Shown piece after piece: positions 54,001-64,000 of a stretch of 64,000 bases of DNA. The notes below the pieces were generated by a model, which was not told the DNA's origin, ran no database searches, and worked only from the letters and a program-made list of their open reading frames with translations. Each line of letters begins with the position of its first letter. Position 1 is the first letter of the stretch. The stretch lies in the NCBI GenBank assembly GCA_030141605.1, contig JAQGDQ010000048.1, positions 682,001 to 746,000 on the forward strand, given 5' to 3'. Source of the DNA: Tubiluchus corallicola (Eukaryota; Animalia; Priapulida). The position numbers and the translations under genes were made by a program.

Positions 54001-57000
54001 AAGATGGTACGAATGCGCGATCTGCCTGTTGTGAATTAGCCAGGAAACCTGCTACTGAAGATTAGGGATTAAGCTTACCACTTATTTTTGTTTATGTACA
54101 ACTTCGTACTCTATTTTCACCAATCATTGTCTAGTACAATATTTAATTAAGCTTACTGATTTGTAGAGAACCACTCCCTGGAGAATGGGATACCTGTCTA
54201 AGTGCATTTCAAAAACTTCTTGTCCTGCGTTGTTTAAGGCCTGATAAAGTTACAAATGGTATGCAGGAATACGTTGCAGCAAATCTTGGTCAGCGCTTCA
54301 TTGAACCTGAGGTAAGTCTTAATGTAACAGTGAACAGTGTCACTAGTCAGTATGGTGATACATTATCTTTTAGTTTTTGATGGTATGTTTCAAGATTATG
54401 ATACATGCTATTGTTGATTTTTGAAGCCATATCTCGCTACCTCACTTAGTTCAACTTTTTTAATATCTATTCAGCACTTTGGCTTAAAGTAAAAGCCCTT
54501 CCTCACTAACAATTTTTAGCAAAAATTTAGCAAGGAACATGTGTTGAAATGATATTCCAGTCACTTTTGTAAAATAATTAACTAATTGAGTATATAATTT
54601 GTCAATTTTATGCACGCGAATTGCTTTACATATACAAATCAGCAATCGGGCGACCATTCACTGACGACGTCAAGGCAGGGGCGGTCACGTGCTTAGTAAC
54701 GAATTGGCATATTTTAGCCTTAGCAGTGTTTACTGTTTACACGTAATCATGGTGAGTACAGCACTAGCCACTTAGTGTCCGCTTTTGGGTCGGGAAACTT
54801 GAAAAGGCTAGCACCGTCACTTGTTCCTTTACTACAGCCTCCTGCTACACAAATTTTGGGCATTCTGTACTTGTATAATACTATAATAAATACTTACAAA
54901 AAATACATAACCCGAAACACATTGAAGCTCGTCAGTCAGATCGGAACGTCACTACAGCAATTACAGCAGGTGTGGACATCCCATAATGCTTTTCGTACAA
55001 TCCTGCCATGACGTCATTCACCATATTCAGCCAAAGTAACTATGGTTCCATTTTGGTAAGCTGCCATAGAAGGCCAATTCTGTGAGTCGTTGAATTTGAT
55101 TAACAAAAATTTCTAACGGCATTAACCTTTTTGCAGGCTGTTGATCTAAATGCTGTGTTTAAAGATTCGTCAGCTACTTGTCCTCTGATTTTCATCCTGT
55201 CTCCTGGCACCGATCCAGCAGCTAAACTGACCAGCTTTGCTGAAACGAAAAATTTCCTTAAGAAACTCTCTTCCATATCACTTGGACAAGGACAGGTAAT
55301 GTATTTAGAATTGCAATGTAAAATAATATTTGTGTTGTCCTTTTAATTAGTTTAAAAGTTTTGTATTTTTGAAGTTTATGATAGGCCCTGAAGATTGCAT
55401 TTGGAAGTTCTCAATATGCAAACTCTTTGTCAGAGTAAAAAGCATATATATGTATCATTAAACAGTTTAGAGTACAGTAAACCACATCATAAAGACTCCT
55501 TGTTATATGGGGCTGCTTTTGCTTGTCTTTTTCACTTTTCGATACCAAACAAATCTGCTATAACAAAGCCACACATCTGGACTGAGACATGATATTGTGA
55601 TGTCGCCATGTGATCTTGCGTTGCACAGTGCATATCTTCAGCACTATCTATTTGCAGAATGCCGTATTTTATCTTACGTTAAGAAGTGGCATAGGCAGGC
55701 ACAAGTCACGATTAGTGGGCTAGGATGCTGCCGCCTGTAACTGAATATCAGTCCCCACTCGGCCTAGCTTTAATGTCTTTTGCTTTTCATGTACGTACAA
55801 ATGCTATTTACTTCGATTACTTAAATAAGTGTACATGGCTAGATGTATTGCCTATACTTATAAGGATCTGGGACATCTATGTTAAAAGATACAGTCTACA
55901 CACCACAAGTTACTTAACTACACTAGACTGTAATTAGCTAGAATGAGCTTCTGCAAAATTTACATTCTGTTCAAAAAACTTAACCGTTTCATTGCCATGC
56001 AGTATATGTAGTGTTGCTGGCACAGGGAAATATTTTAAGAAAAGGAAAAGTTGCTACTGCTACAGGTTTCTACAAATTACTGCAACTTTTGCTATATCGC
56101 CATCAGTTTTACTGTCAAAACTATAGTTGTCAACACCGCCATAATTTCTTTTCTTCTGCTGCCGCCACTGCTGTCCAATGCCACCACCACTATGAGTTTT
56201 GTTACAAATTTGTCATCTATTGTTATATCATCTCAGAAGCAAGCTAATGGAAATCACTTTGCATCTGCAAAAAGTAGAAGCAGCATAGAAAAGAGTTTAC
56301 TACATGTGTAATAATATGCAATAATCTTTATTACCAAAGTAATCAATTACCTCTTTTAGGGTCCTAGAGCAGAGGCAATGATGGAGACTGCCATAGAACG
56401 TGGAAATTGGGTCTTCTTCCAGAATTGTCATCTTGCCCCGAGTTGGATGCCTTCGCTGGATCGAATAGTGGAGCAAATTGATCCAGAAAGAGTGAGTTAA
56501 CTGTTTCAATATAAAGAATTGTTTGTTCTTGTAACCCGTGTTAATCCTAATTTACATACGATTTTGACAAAAGGTGCCTGCATGCATTAAATTGCAAATA
56601 ACCATTTTCAACTATTTTGCAAATTTGTCACTCTACCGGTGATTGTCAATATACGCAAGCATTTGCTTTCTCCAATTTTTAAATCTTAATATAACTTAAA
56701 CGTTGAAATCATAATGGCAATCTTTAGAGTTGATGATTTAGCTTCTTTTTAATGTAAAGCCATGGCTACTAGGCTACCACATTTTTCATATCTGACGAGA
56801 TATGAAAACTCACATTGCATGCTACATGCATTTTACTTGGAAAAAAATGAACATTTCTGCTAGAGTTTGAGAACATAAGGAAATCACTTATTAAGACACT
56901 TAAATTACAATGAGTGGTGTGTTGGACACTTTCATCTTAATTTTGTCAAGTGAATTGTCTCACGAGTTTTTAAAAACTAGATCTAAAAGTTAAAATTGTT

Positions 57001-60000
57001 TTTCCACCATTCTTATCGGTTATGTGGCAATGTTTCTTGTACCATCCAACAAAATGTCTGCTACTGAAAATAAATGTGTTTTTGAGCATTTTGCTTGCTG
57101 TAGACCATATGATTATTTTAAAATGTATTAGTAGTAATGGTATTTGCATTTTCAGAAAAGTTATTTGTGTCTTCGTATTTTCAGGTTCATCGTGAATTTA
57201 GACTTTGGCTGACATCGATGCCAAGCCCAAAATTTCCCGTGTCTATTCTACAAAATGGCTCTAAAATGACTGTAGAGCCACCTAGAGGCATTAAAGCAAA
57301 TCTTTTAAAAGCATATTCAAACTTCTCAGATCAGTTGTTCAGTTCCTGTGAGGGAAAGGTAAATTTTATTTGTAAATTAACAACAAGCTAACAATAATCT
57401 GTTTCTTGAAAAGTATTTCCAAGAAAAATCGCAGAAGAAATGACTTTGATTATTATTTGCCAGCCATATGCATACAGTAATCGGCATGCAAGGGTGTGCA
57501 GAAAGTGAAAAATGCCTTCAGCACAGTTTTAACATGCAAATGTTGTTTTGAAGTGTTATTTCACTTTGTGCATGGCAAGTGAGATGATTATAATTTGAGA
57601 ATTCTTGGAAATGAAAATTATAAATTTTCTAATTTTGTTGCTAGGTTGGCGTATTCAAACAACTGCTGTTGTCACTGTGCTTTTTTCACAGCATATGCAT
57701 TGAACGCAAGAAATTTGGGCCCCTCGGCTTCAACATCTCATATGATTTCACTGATGGTGACCTACAAATCTGCATCAAACAACTGCGAATGTTTGTCATG
57801 GAGTATCCTGATAATCCTTATAAGGTATTCACTGTTATTGTAAATCACTACTTTCCTTTCCAACCTGGAGAGTGGAATTTGAGGTTTGGCTTGGAGAAAT
57901 GGTATACGTCAACCACATTTTTGCTTGTGCTCCATCTCGAAATGAGTGCTATCATCACTTTTTATTTCGTTTTTTTCACAATTGAGCTTAGTGCTTAAGA
58001 TCACAAAGCGTGAAATGTGAATCAGATTTAAAATAATTTTCCAGAATCTGGCATTTGTAAAAATTCTTGTTAGTTTCTTGTTTTTCTTGTTTTTTGGTCT
58101 TGTGAATGAACAACTTGTAGGAATTAAATTATTTTTAAAGTGAAATACCCATTCAACATATTTGTGCTGTTTCACTGCATACTAAGTCTGCAAAGAAGTT
58201 ATTATTTTTTCGTTTATAGTATAAACAAAACATGAATTAAATTGTCTTATAAAACAGTAGTGTCAGATGCATTAATGAATGCAAAATTTTTGTAATCCAA
58301 CATCAAAACTGCTTAGAGTTTTCAAAGTTTACCCAAGTTTGAGTAAATTAGCCTAGCAATTTAACGCTTTTTACTATGATGACCGAAATGAGTCTTTCCA
58401 GTGCAGTGCAATGGATGCTTAACTTAGGTTGGATTACTAAACATCAGAAGTTTTCAGCTACAAATAAAAGAATGTGTGTTTTGCAGGTGTTTCTGCAGTT
58501 ACTTAAGTATACTAATTATTTAATTATGTTTGTTTGTCAATCACTATGTGCAATTATTGATTTTCTGTTCGTAGGTATTGATGTACACTGCTGGTCATAT
58601 AAACTATGGTGGTCGGGTGACAGATGACTGGGACAGAAGATGCATTTTAAATATTCTCAGTGACTTTTATGATCCCAAAGTCCTCACTCCAAACCATGCA
58701 TATAGTACATCTGGTATATACATGCAGCTTGATCCAGTGCAGAGCTTATATGAGGTATGTGCTAATACTCTATGATTGCTGTAATTATAAAGTCAGCTGT
58801 TGAGCCAGCTAGATGTCTTGGTTGGATAAAGGATTTGACTGCAGTAAAACATGACCAGTCTTGTTTTTTAATTATTCGTAGAATCTGCAACTTCATAATC
58901 CATAGCAAAACATATGTGATGACCTCATTATTTGGCAATGCTGCCAAAACATATGTGTAAGGTTTGAATATGTGTTTTGTGACATTAGTATAAATTTAAT
59001 TTAAAATAAATTTATTTTAAAATTCTTATTTTCTTTTTAAGGCTTTGCAAAAAAATAATCTTTAAACTAATATATTTGTTAATATGTATTAGTTGATATT
59101 TGCTCAAAATAATGAAAATGTCAATTATATTTCGAATTTTAAAATGGTTTTGAATGAAAACTATAATGAATTTCCATACTCACTTTCTTTTTTTCTCAAT
59201 TCAGGACTACATGACATACATCAGAGGGCTGCCTATCAATGATATACCAGAGATTTTTGGTCTTCATGAAAATGCTAACATCACTTTTGCACAGAATGAA
59301 ACATTTGCGCTGCTTAACTCTTTGTTGATCCTGCAGCCAAAGATGGCAACATCTGGTGGTCAGTCTGCAGAAGAGGTCAGTTTAAACTAAATTTTTTGTA
59401 TTTTCTCTGTCCACATCTTAATGGAACGAAATTTCTTTAAACTGTTTTGAGCCTTATAATTGACTATGTGAAAATGTATTAATGAAAAAAGTGCTTGCAT
59501 TTTGGTTCATTATTTTCCAAGTCCTCTGTCACTTTTAACATTATTAAATAGGTTTTTAGTTTTGACGAATGAGATTAATTATTGCGTTCCGCAAATTTAC
59601 CAAATCAATACAAGTGATTATGATAATTCATATGTAACTGGAAATGCTTGCTTCTTTGGTGAATAAATCATTTGTCTAGTGCTGTACCATCTATGGTGAC
59701 CCTGTGTTTTATACTGAAAGTCACATCCAGCATTTATCGACAGAGCTATATATAGATAGATATATAGATGACAGTAGCAAGACAGGAACCTATCTCATGA
59801 GGAAGGATAATCTTCTGAGATGAGGTACTAAGTACTAGCAGCAGTGTCTAGCCTTGCTCAATTTCTGTGCCTTCCTCCCTACGTGAAGCAGTTAACCCAA
59901 GGCAATGCACTCTGCAAAGTTATCTGCAAGCTTCATTTGAACCTTTGTTACTGTTTTTTGCTTTCAGACTATACGTTAAGTGAGATCATTTGAATACATA

Positions 60001-63000
60001 ATTATTTTTATTAAATTCTAGACAATGGAGGAAACTGCAAAAGGAATTCTAGAAAAGGTTCCGCAACCAATAGATGAACTTGTGGTTATGGCAAAACATC
60101 CTGTCATGTATGAAGAATCTATGAACACTGTCTTGATACAAGAAGTGGTCAGGTAAAATGGAATTTGTACTGGAATTTGAATTTCCCGTTATAGTTCTTT
60201 ATTATAAGTATAAAATCGTAGCAATAACAGTAATATTAACATTAGCAAACTTGTCCTAATGATTACATTTGCAGAAGTCACTGTCACTAAAGTTTTTTCT
60301 GTTTAACTGAATTCTTACATATAAAATAGTAGAAAGGACAAATTAATCAACAAAATTGCAAATTTGCTGTACTAAAATAGAATATTACACATGTAAAACA
60401 GTTACTAGTTCCACTAGCCCTAAAATCAAGTAAAATATACATAATCAGCAAAAAGGAAAAACATAGTCAGTAAAAATTACAAGTAAAATTGCAGTCAACA
60501 AAAATTAAATGTTCTTAAAGATTTGAAACCTTGCTCAAGCAATGTAAGAAGCTAGTGTAGTAGCTGTGAAAAAAGCAAACAATGGCAAAATGTATTAACG
60601 CGAGCACCTTTGTACAAATACTTGTGCAAATCTGTGTCTTCTTTTTATTATTGTTGGCAAAGTATTTTGATTGCATGACGAGGTAACTTGCTAATCTCAA
60701 TTTAGTTAAATAACTAACTAACTAATTAATCACCTGGAATTTTACAGGTTTAACAACTTATTGAAAATCATCCACCAGAGCTTGACAGATTTGTTAAAGG
60801 CTTTGAAAGGACTTGTAGTGATGTCACAATCACTAGAAGAAATGGCAAATAGTTTGTACAATAATGTTGTGCCCGAAATTTGGGCCGCAAAGGTAAGTGG
60901 GTTATGTTATACTGAATGAGATTGTATGCAGGATATCCTTAACAAGTGATACATAATTATAGTCCTGTAATAAGTAATACATAATTATATTACTATCAAG
61001 AAATTTCAGTCAGGTTTAATAATACAATCTGTTACTATAACAGCTATGATTAAGACAATAACTATCCATAGGTGCGGATTTCAGATTTTATTACCTGTTC
61101 ATGGTTAGGTCATAATCACTACCTGGGAAAAAAGGCTTTGCCTCTCAACATTGTGCAGAGTTATACTGCTAAACAGTACTCATATAAAACTATAAATATC
61201 TACATAGTTACTAGAAGAGCCTTTTTAAATATGATTATGGATTATGTACTTCACATTTGACATGCAAATAAATCTGGATTAAATTAATCTATGTTCATTC
61301 CCTACTGGCATCACAACATTACAAAACTGCATTTGACATTTTTTAATCTTTATCAAAAGGGTTTATGTAAAAAATAAAATTACGTGAATTAACAATTATT
61401 TTAACATTGCTCTAGGCCTACCCTTCAATGAAGCCTCTAGCTTCATGGGTGGCAGACCTAATCGCCCGAATCGAATTCATTGAAATTTGGATCGACGGAG
61501 GAATTCCTTCGGTTTTCTGGATTTCTGGATTCTTTTTCCCGCAAGCCTTTCTAACTGGAACATTGCAGAATTTTGCTCGTAGAAAATTGGTATCGATTGA
61601 CAGAATTTCTTTTGGATTTGAGGTAGTAGCAATTTCGTTTCAATTCAGGCAGAACTGCATTTTGGCAGAACTAACTTAAAATTTATCCGACTGTGATATT
61701 TTGTATTATATGTGAAGAGTATGTAAGCTACCCACAAGCCCTTCTTACCTTCTAAGTTGATGAAAATGTTATAAATATCAAACAGTAATGTTTAGCTAAG
61801 ATAGCTAGTATTTATATTGTTTTATTGTTGCGAAAGCGTAACGTGTTTTCTAGAAATTGGTACTGTGCCTTTATTGTTAATATTTGAGTAAAATGTAAGA
61901 AATAACTCCTGAATTTTTTATAACTAATATTTTTACTAACTAGTACTAAATTTACATTTATAACAGTTTAAAATATGGATGAATGTTTTTAACATGTAGT
62001 CCGATTTCGCTATTTTTATGTAAATTGAAAAAAATAGTGATATTACATTTTAGCAATGGCTTTTCATATTATTGTAAAATGGGTATTATTGTAAATTGAA
62101 AATTTCATTTTCAGCTTTTCAATTTTAATCAAATTTTGGTTTATTCTTGAATGTCATTGCTATGTGACACTGGTGAACCTTTACCAATTTGTTGAACTTT
62201 CAGGTACTTAATACACCTTACCAAGAAATTACATCTAGTCCCGAATATGGCTGTTATATTAGAGGATCTTTCCTAGAAGGAGCCAGGTGGGATGCAGATG
62301 CCCATTTATTAGTTGAGTCGCGTCCGAAAGAATTATACACGGAGATGCCAGTGATGCTTTTGTTGCCGGAGGAAGATCGGAAGCAGCCTGAAACAGGAAT
62401 CTATGTGTGCCCATTGTATAAGACTCTACAAAGAGCAGGTATGTATGAGTTCTTGTATGAATTCTTACAGAAACCATAAAGGTTTGAAGAAAATAATATT
62501 GTTTAGTTATGAATTATAAGCACATTTTGCTCTTCATGTTTGTTTGTTTTGAATCAATATCTTTCGTGGAATTTAGTGTAGCACACGGTACTGTTTGCAC
62601 CATTTTGTTTCCAACTTCATTTCCTAAAAACATAGAAGTAGCATTTGAAACATTTGAAAATTAGAGCATTAAAAAAGTATTGGTCTCAAGCCAGAAAGTG
62701 TTAAATCGTTAAGATATGAAAATGCTCCAGTTGCGATGAAAGTTGATGAATTGACCATTGGTGAAGGAATGTTTGATGGAGTTTTGTGAAAAGCATCTAT
62801 TTAATGACCAATTGGAGAGATAAATTCTAAGCTTTATCTTTTTCCGAGTATGTTAATGAAATAAAATAATATCACTGTTTATTTATTGATAGAAAATGTG
62901 TACAGTAGAGTAAGAAGGTGCAAAAGCATGTTAAAATTTAAACCTTTAAACACTTCTTCATTATTTTTGTAGCCGAGATAATCAACAACTGCTCACGTGT

Positions 63001-63948
63001 ATTATGATGTTTAGTCAAAAAGCTGCAATATTTTGTCCTAGAATTTAATCAAGTATGTGTTAACAAAGAGCGACACCAAAATGGTTAAACATACTTGTCT
63101 TTACAATAGTTTCTTCATTCAACCAGTTATATTTTATTGATGTGTATTACGCTTTCATAAAAATTAAATTAAGCTAAGTTAATTAAGGTAAATAAATTAA
63201 GATAACTCTTAACCTGTAGACCTTTTCCAAATCAGTAGTTATTAAGTCTGTGTGCGTGACTGAAAATTCAAAATTTTCATACTTTACAGCAGTAGTATTC
63301 TTTTGTTATACTCCATTGTTTTTTAATTGTTTACATTATCGCATAATTAAAAGTTTTTTAGGCTTTAGTCCATGTTTTCCTGCAGTAATGTAATTGAGTC
63401 AGTCAATCAGTTAGTCACTAAACACAAAAGAGCCAAGGTGTATCAATTTTATCAAATGTGTTTTGCTGACCAATGGAAGGCTCTCAAAACTATTGAAATT
63501 TCAGTAATTGTACACGAGACTTATTAAATATCCAATCTTGTTACACATTTGTAAGGTTTCAATAAATTACAAAGCTTAGCACAAATGTGCAACACTATCC
63601 TGATGTGCAACACAAGACTGTGTGCAGCACAAAATATTTATGGTAAATTAGCAAGTAGGATCCAGAGTTCTGAAATAAAATAATCGATGTGGGAAGCTAC
63701 AGGGTATGTTTCTCTCTTTTATTTTGATTTAACTTTGTCTGTTTATGGAACACCTGTCTTCTGATTGCTGACCAACTTGCACTGTATTTTAACCTTCTTC
63801 TCAATACGTATTTTTATTGCTATTAGGGACCCTGTCTACCACTGGCCATTCAACAAACTATGTACTCTCATTGGAGTTACCATCTGATAAAGATCAGCAT
63901 CACTGGATTAAAAGAGCTGTGGCAATGATATGCGCATTGAATTATTAA
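11862..63948 (+). CDS. DNAH1: Axonemal inner-arm dynein heavy chain, DNAH1-like; 5'-partial, 40 exons in window (AAA2 to C-terminus)
   Basis: Spliced exons give a continuous frame with dynein motifs: [94 protein letters not shown] and SLGQGQGP. It ends [13 protein letters not shown]...[15 protein letters not shown]. All junctions are GT-AG with compatible phases; total 7149 nt. The DNAH1 paralog call rests on recalled similarity to human DNAH1. Confidence 0.93.
15165..15385 (-). mobile_element. Decayed tRNA-derived SINE
   Basis: Minus strand has A-box-like ggcaagtacgttaaa, B-box-like agttcaaatctcac, and a downstream gccatctgtgaggcccgatt motif resembling invertebrate SINE central domains. Confidence 0.45.
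17085..17262 (+). CDS. DNAH1: Dynein exon 2 (AAA2)
   Basis: [10 protein letters not shown]...[35 protein letters not shown]; ag/gt flanks. Confidence 0.95.
18072..18266 (+). CDS. DNAH1: Dynein exon 3
   Basis: [26 protein letters not shown]...DRFLE; donor gtaagg. Confidence 0.95.
19886..20005 (+). CDS. DNAH1: Dynein exon 4
   Basis: [12 protein letters not shown]...FLPRE; donor gtaagc. Confidence 0.92.
23640..23891 (+). CDS. DNAH1: Dynein exon 5
   Basis: VKQALN...[19 protein letters not shown]...[10 protein letters not shown]...ETRP; donor gtcagt; not in ORF track. Confidence 0.9.
24354..24726 (+). repeat. Direct repeats of about 65 bp (period 306 bp) flanking a tRNA-like segment
   Basis: attctggcaatcacagtcat(a/t)atctaattaa...gt(c/t)accagc...ttga..aaagt at 24354 and 24660. 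Confidence 0.8.
24504..24573 (+). pseudogene. tRNA-derived sequence (pseudo-tRNA or SINE head)
   Basis: A box tagctcagctgacagagc, B-box-like gggtttaaatctcg, acceptor-like pairing gactgg/ctagtc, followed by a T run. Confidence 0.6.
24966..25106 (+). CDS. DNAH1: Dynein exon 6
   Basis: MSWKGWM...[13 protein letters not shown]...NEKT; donor gtgagt. Confidence 0.9.
25440..25990. repeat. Degenerate T-rich minisatellite, unit about 57-58 bp
   Basis: Recurring ttttgttgctaatattga...(t)gctgct(a/g)atgtttac(t) units; explains the hydrophobic spurious ORFs at 25781 and 25833. Confidence 0.85.
26167..26327 (+). CDS. DNAH1: Dynein exon 7 (AAA3 Walker A)
   Basis: [12 protein letters not shown]...[20 protein letters not shown](R). 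Confidence 0.95.
27078..27235 (+). CDS. DNAH1: Dynein exon 8 (AAA3 Walker B)
   Basis: [40 protein letters not shown]. Confidence 0.95.
27852..27891. repeat. Perfect 20-bp tandem duplication
   Basis: acaatctttggtaaagtgcc x2. Confidence 0.9.
31575..31748 (+). CDS. DNAH1: Dynein exon 9
   Basis: [32 protein letters not shown]...INSWL. Confidence 0.95.
31861..32965. mobile_element. Non-autonomous Tc1/mariner-superfamily (pogo/Tigger-like) element or MITE
   Basis: 25-bp TIRs cagtaggcgccgcttaatggactca / tgagtctattaagcggcacctactg with 2 mismatches; TA on both sides (31859-60 and 32966-67); subterminal repeats such as gagtcaatta / gagtctatta; no transposase. Confidence 0.88.
33281..35118 (+). mobile_element. 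5'-truncated non-LTR retrotransposon (CR1/L2 group)
   Basis: RT ORF, 3' UTR with stem cactgat/atcagtg, AATAAA at 35092, TA-rich tail, candidate TSD atatttg (33274-80 / 35119-25). Confidence 0.9.
33396..34901 (+). CDS. LINE reverse transcriptase (ORF2 fragment, no endonuclease; frame open from 33291)
   Basis: [47 protein letters not shown], and C-terminal LWNSLP...[10 protein letters not shown]. Confidence 0.93.
   Translation: MTYIANQIIMRGEFPTVCKMANVTPIHKKDPKCDPMNYRPISVIHCFGKVWERVIYDQINSYVNKHELLSKHQFGFRKHHSTIDTLIHTTENWRHSLDNKQYILAAFLDLSKAFDSINHELLYDNLKQIGLDSISLKLIQNYLKDRQQRVKLDTTNFSDWATLNRGIPQGTLLGPLLFCLYINNISSVLKHSQITQYADDTTIYIAHENVQTAKNYLEEDIKNINMAFSHYKLKMNNDKTEFMILSPSLNTNDASSTTLTIDNAVIKQTNNVKFLGIQVDNNLSWDDHFNNIYTKMASSTSYLRQVKGQLTKETKTLIYKTLVLPHFLYGCTLLQKTKRENYLKLNLLQNYALRLIAGYSYKHKAGRQKFKASTTNLRKTLKFPIIEAHKEYFTLLFIFKYINNISKPFQNNRFTFFPNPIVNSRTSNLKQIRTNTHYGTNSVIKQAILLWNSLPLQVKQIKSLSAFKTKLKSLILTRYEIPSHQYDNIHTNSEFIYPRPY
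35140..35229. repeat. Perfect 45-bp tandem duplication
   Basis: agattgttttgcagaaacttctaaatgaatttgtagatgcttttc x2. Confidence 0.93.
35559..35737 (+). CDS. DNAH1: Dynein exon 10
   Basis: ...[24 protein letters not shown]...SKFD; donor gtaaga. Confidence 0.94.
35758..35823. repeat. 33-bp tandem duplication, 1 mismatch
   Basis: gattttgccagacaaag(a/c)ttcattttacaaatt x2. Confidence 0.9.
36654..36887 (+). CDS. DNAH1: Dynein exon 11
   Basis: [23 protein letters not shown]...TDHEK. Confidence 0.94.
37024..37560 (-). mobile_element. 5S rRNA-derived SINE (SINE3-like), about 537 bp
   Basis: 5S head fused to a GC-rich body of about 420 bp, flanked by the direct repeat taattaat (37016-23 / 37561-68). 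Confidence 0.75.
37445..37560 (-). rRNA. 5S rRNA-like sequence (near full length, about 4 nt missing at the 5' end; likely SINE head or pseudogene)
   Basis: Reverse complement ACGGCCAAATCACGTTGAAAACACCGGTTCTCGTCTGATCACCGAAGTTCAGCAACGTAAAGCCTGGTTAGTACTTGGATGGGTGACCGCCTAGGAATACCAGGTGCTGTAGGCTT matches the metazoan 5S consensus. Confidence 0.88.
38026..38222 (+). CDS. DNAH1: Dynein exon 12 (AAA4 P-loop)
   Basis: [44 protein letters not shown]. Confidence 0.95.
39112..39247 (+). CDS. DNAH1: Dynein exon 13
   Basis: [15 protein letters not shown]...VFLFSDTQ. Confidence 0.94.
39325..39450 (+). mobile_element. SINE central-domain fragment (Nin/Deu-domain-like)
   Basis: ggtctactcaatctaaattgagcatcc...ccttggggaagaaaggcagccg...gggttaaccacc resembles the recalled CCACTCAGCC..AAATGAGTACC..GGGGTAAAGGCGGCCG..GCTGACCACC motif. 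Confidence 0.45.
40190..40229. repeat. 20-bp tandem duplication
   Basis: aatattacctgggc(g/a)attag x2. Confidence 0.88.
40453..41395 (+). mobile_element. Decayed 3' fragment of a non-LTR retrotransposon (post-RT region)
   Basis: Frameshifted pieces VVHLGHTL / [18 protein letters not shown]...[14 protein letters not shown] / FVKRFIKY...NSNTIV; AATAAA at 41358 and a (TAA)n tail. Confidence 0.75.
41674..41882 (+). CDS. DNAH1: Dynein exon 14
   Basis: [23 protein letters not shown]...NLHTVIAM(S); not in ORF track. Confidence 0.94.
42475..42649 (+). CDS. DNAH1: Dynein exon 15
   Basis: [29 protein letters not shown]. Confidence 0.94.
43229..43420 (+). CDS. DNAH1: Dynein exon 16
   Basis: ISMCQEIH...[11 protein letters not shown]...TGLDK. 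Confidence 0.93.
44019..44315 (+). CDS. DNAH1: Dynein exon 17 (stalk coiled coil 1)
   Basis: [15 protein letters not shown]...DLQEALPAL...NDIVE. Confidence 0.94.
44711..44902 (+). CDS. DNAH1: Dynein exon 18 (microtubule-binding domain)
   Basis: [21 protein letters not shown]...DYW...YDK. Confidence 0.94.
45209..45503. repeat. Tandem duplication, unit about 155 bp, about 2 copies
   Basis: ttttgttacaat..ctt.tgcttttcatgatctttcatttagtcacttt...gagtcaaggatagctgtcta at about 45209 and 45364. Confidence 0.9.
45904..46071 (+). CDS. DNAH1: Dynein exon 19 (MTBD / stalk coil 2)
   Basis: ENIPD...[17 protein letters not shown]...VAPKR. Confidence 0.94.
46212..46800 (+). mobile_element. Possible internally deleted hAT-like DNA transposon remnant (right end uncertain)
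   Basis: Starts cagtggtggttc; contains [24 protein letters not shown] joined to [12 protein letters not shown], resembling the N- and C-terminal stubs of ZMYM1/hAT-type transposases. Confidence 0.35.
47283..47474 (+). CDS. DNAH1: Dynein exon 20 (stalk coil 2)
   Basis: [11 protein letters not shown]...[10 protein letters not shown]; not in ORF track. Confidence 0.92.
48119..48250 (+). CDS. DNAH1: Dynein exon 21
   Basis: [12 protein letters not shown]...[17 protein letters not shown]. Confidence 0.94.
48765..49010 (+). CDS. DNAH1: Dynein exon 22 (AAA5)
   Basis: ASYR...[15 protein letters not shown]...[19 protein letters not shown]. Confidence 0.94.
49807..49956 (+). CDS. DNAH1: Dynein exon 23
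   Basis: EKDTG...[31 protein letters not shown]. Confidence 0.94.
50507..50667 (+). CDS. DNAH1: Dynein exon 24
   Basis: TFRQSG...[18 protein letters not shown]...INFTLSP; not in ORF track. Confidence 0.94.
51811..52036 (+). CDS. DNAH1: Dynein exon 25
   Basis: [20 protein letters not shown]...EDKILARL...SQEIS. Confidence 0.94.
52539..52734 (+). CDS. DNAH1: Dynein exon 26
   Basis: [17 protein letters not shown]...[12 protein letters not shown]; not in ORF track. Confidence 0.94.
53064..53215 (+). CDS. DNAH1: Dynein exon 27
   Basis: ...[22 protein letters not shown]...IDK. Confidence 0.94.
53491..53690 (+). CDS. DNAH1: Dynein exon 28
   Basis: [10 protein letters not shown]...NPAQDWL...FDSGEPY. 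Confidence 0.93.
54167..54311 (+). CDS. DNAH1: Dynein exon 29
   Basis: EPLPGEW...[15 protein letters not shown]...LGQRFIEPE; not in ORF track. Confidence 0.93.
55137..55295 (+). CDS. DNAH1: Dynein exon 30 (AAA6)
   Basis: [12 protein letters not shown]...ISLGQGQ. Confidence 0.94.
56360..56491 (+). CDS. DNAH1: Dynein exon 31
   Basis: GPRAEAMM...[19 protein letters not shown]; not in ORF track. Confidence 0.94.
57185..57358 (+). CDS. DNAH1: Dynein exon 32
   Basis: [40 protein letters not shown]. Confidence 0.95.
57645..57824 (+). CDS. DNAH1: Dynein exon 33
   Basis: [32 protein letters not shown]. Confidence 0.94.
58575..58754 (+). CDS. DNAH1: Dynein exon 34
   Basis: [22 protein letters not shown]. 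Confidence 0.95.
59205..59375 (+). CDS. DNAH1: Dynein exon 35
   Basis: [26 protein letters not shown]. Confidence 0.94.
60022..60152 (+). CDS. DNAH1: Dynein exon 36
   Basis: TMEETAK...[14 protein letters not shown](R); not in ORF track. Confidence 0.93.
60748..60892 (+). CDS. DNAH1: Dynein exon 37
   Basis: FNNLL...[10 protein letters not shown]...VPEIWAAK; not in ORF track. Confidence 0.93.
61416..61622 (+). CDS. DNAH1: Dynein exon 38
   Basis: [11 protein letters not shown]...[22 protein letters not shown]. Confidence 0.95.
62204..62438 (+). CDS. DNAH1: Dynein exon 39
   Basis: [15 protein letters not shown]...[12 protein letters not shown]. Confidence 0.95.
63827..63948 (+). CDS. DNAH1: Dynein terminal coding exon 40
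   Basis: (G)[19 protein letters not shown]...[15 protein letters not shown]; TAA at 63946-63948. Confidence 0.94.
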
Positions 63949-64000
63949 CACTTTATTCTTCTTAAAAATGAGTGATGAAAAATGAATTACATATTCTTTT

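Noticed and set aside
54666-55015. Inverted pair gacgtcaaggcagg / cctgccatgacgtc suggesting a MITE
   Set aside because: A 13/14 match, but I could not define termini or a TSD.

Overview
AT-rich, intron-rich eukaryotic DNA, most likely from an invertebrate animal. Almost the whole window is the 3' part of a + strand axonemal dynein heavy chain gene, best matching DNAH1 (single-headed inner arm). I traced 40 GT-AG-bounded exons from 11862 to the TAA at 63946-63948. They join in frame (7149 nt, about 2382 aa) and run from mid-AAA2 through AAA3, AAA4, stalk/MTBD, AAA5 and AAA6 to the C-terminus. I found no dynein exon in 1-11861, so this is probably one large repeat-rich intron. The introns hold a young 5'-truncated CR1/L2-group LINE, an older LINE remnant, a 5S rRNA-headed SINE3-like element with a target-site duplication, a pogo/Tc1-type MITE carrying a 124-codon Cys-rich antisense frame, tRNA-derived SINE-like pieces, Helitron/Helentron-like remnants, a long fold-back and several tandem duplications. 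There are no prokaryotic systems. Repeat family names come from motif recognition, not database searches.
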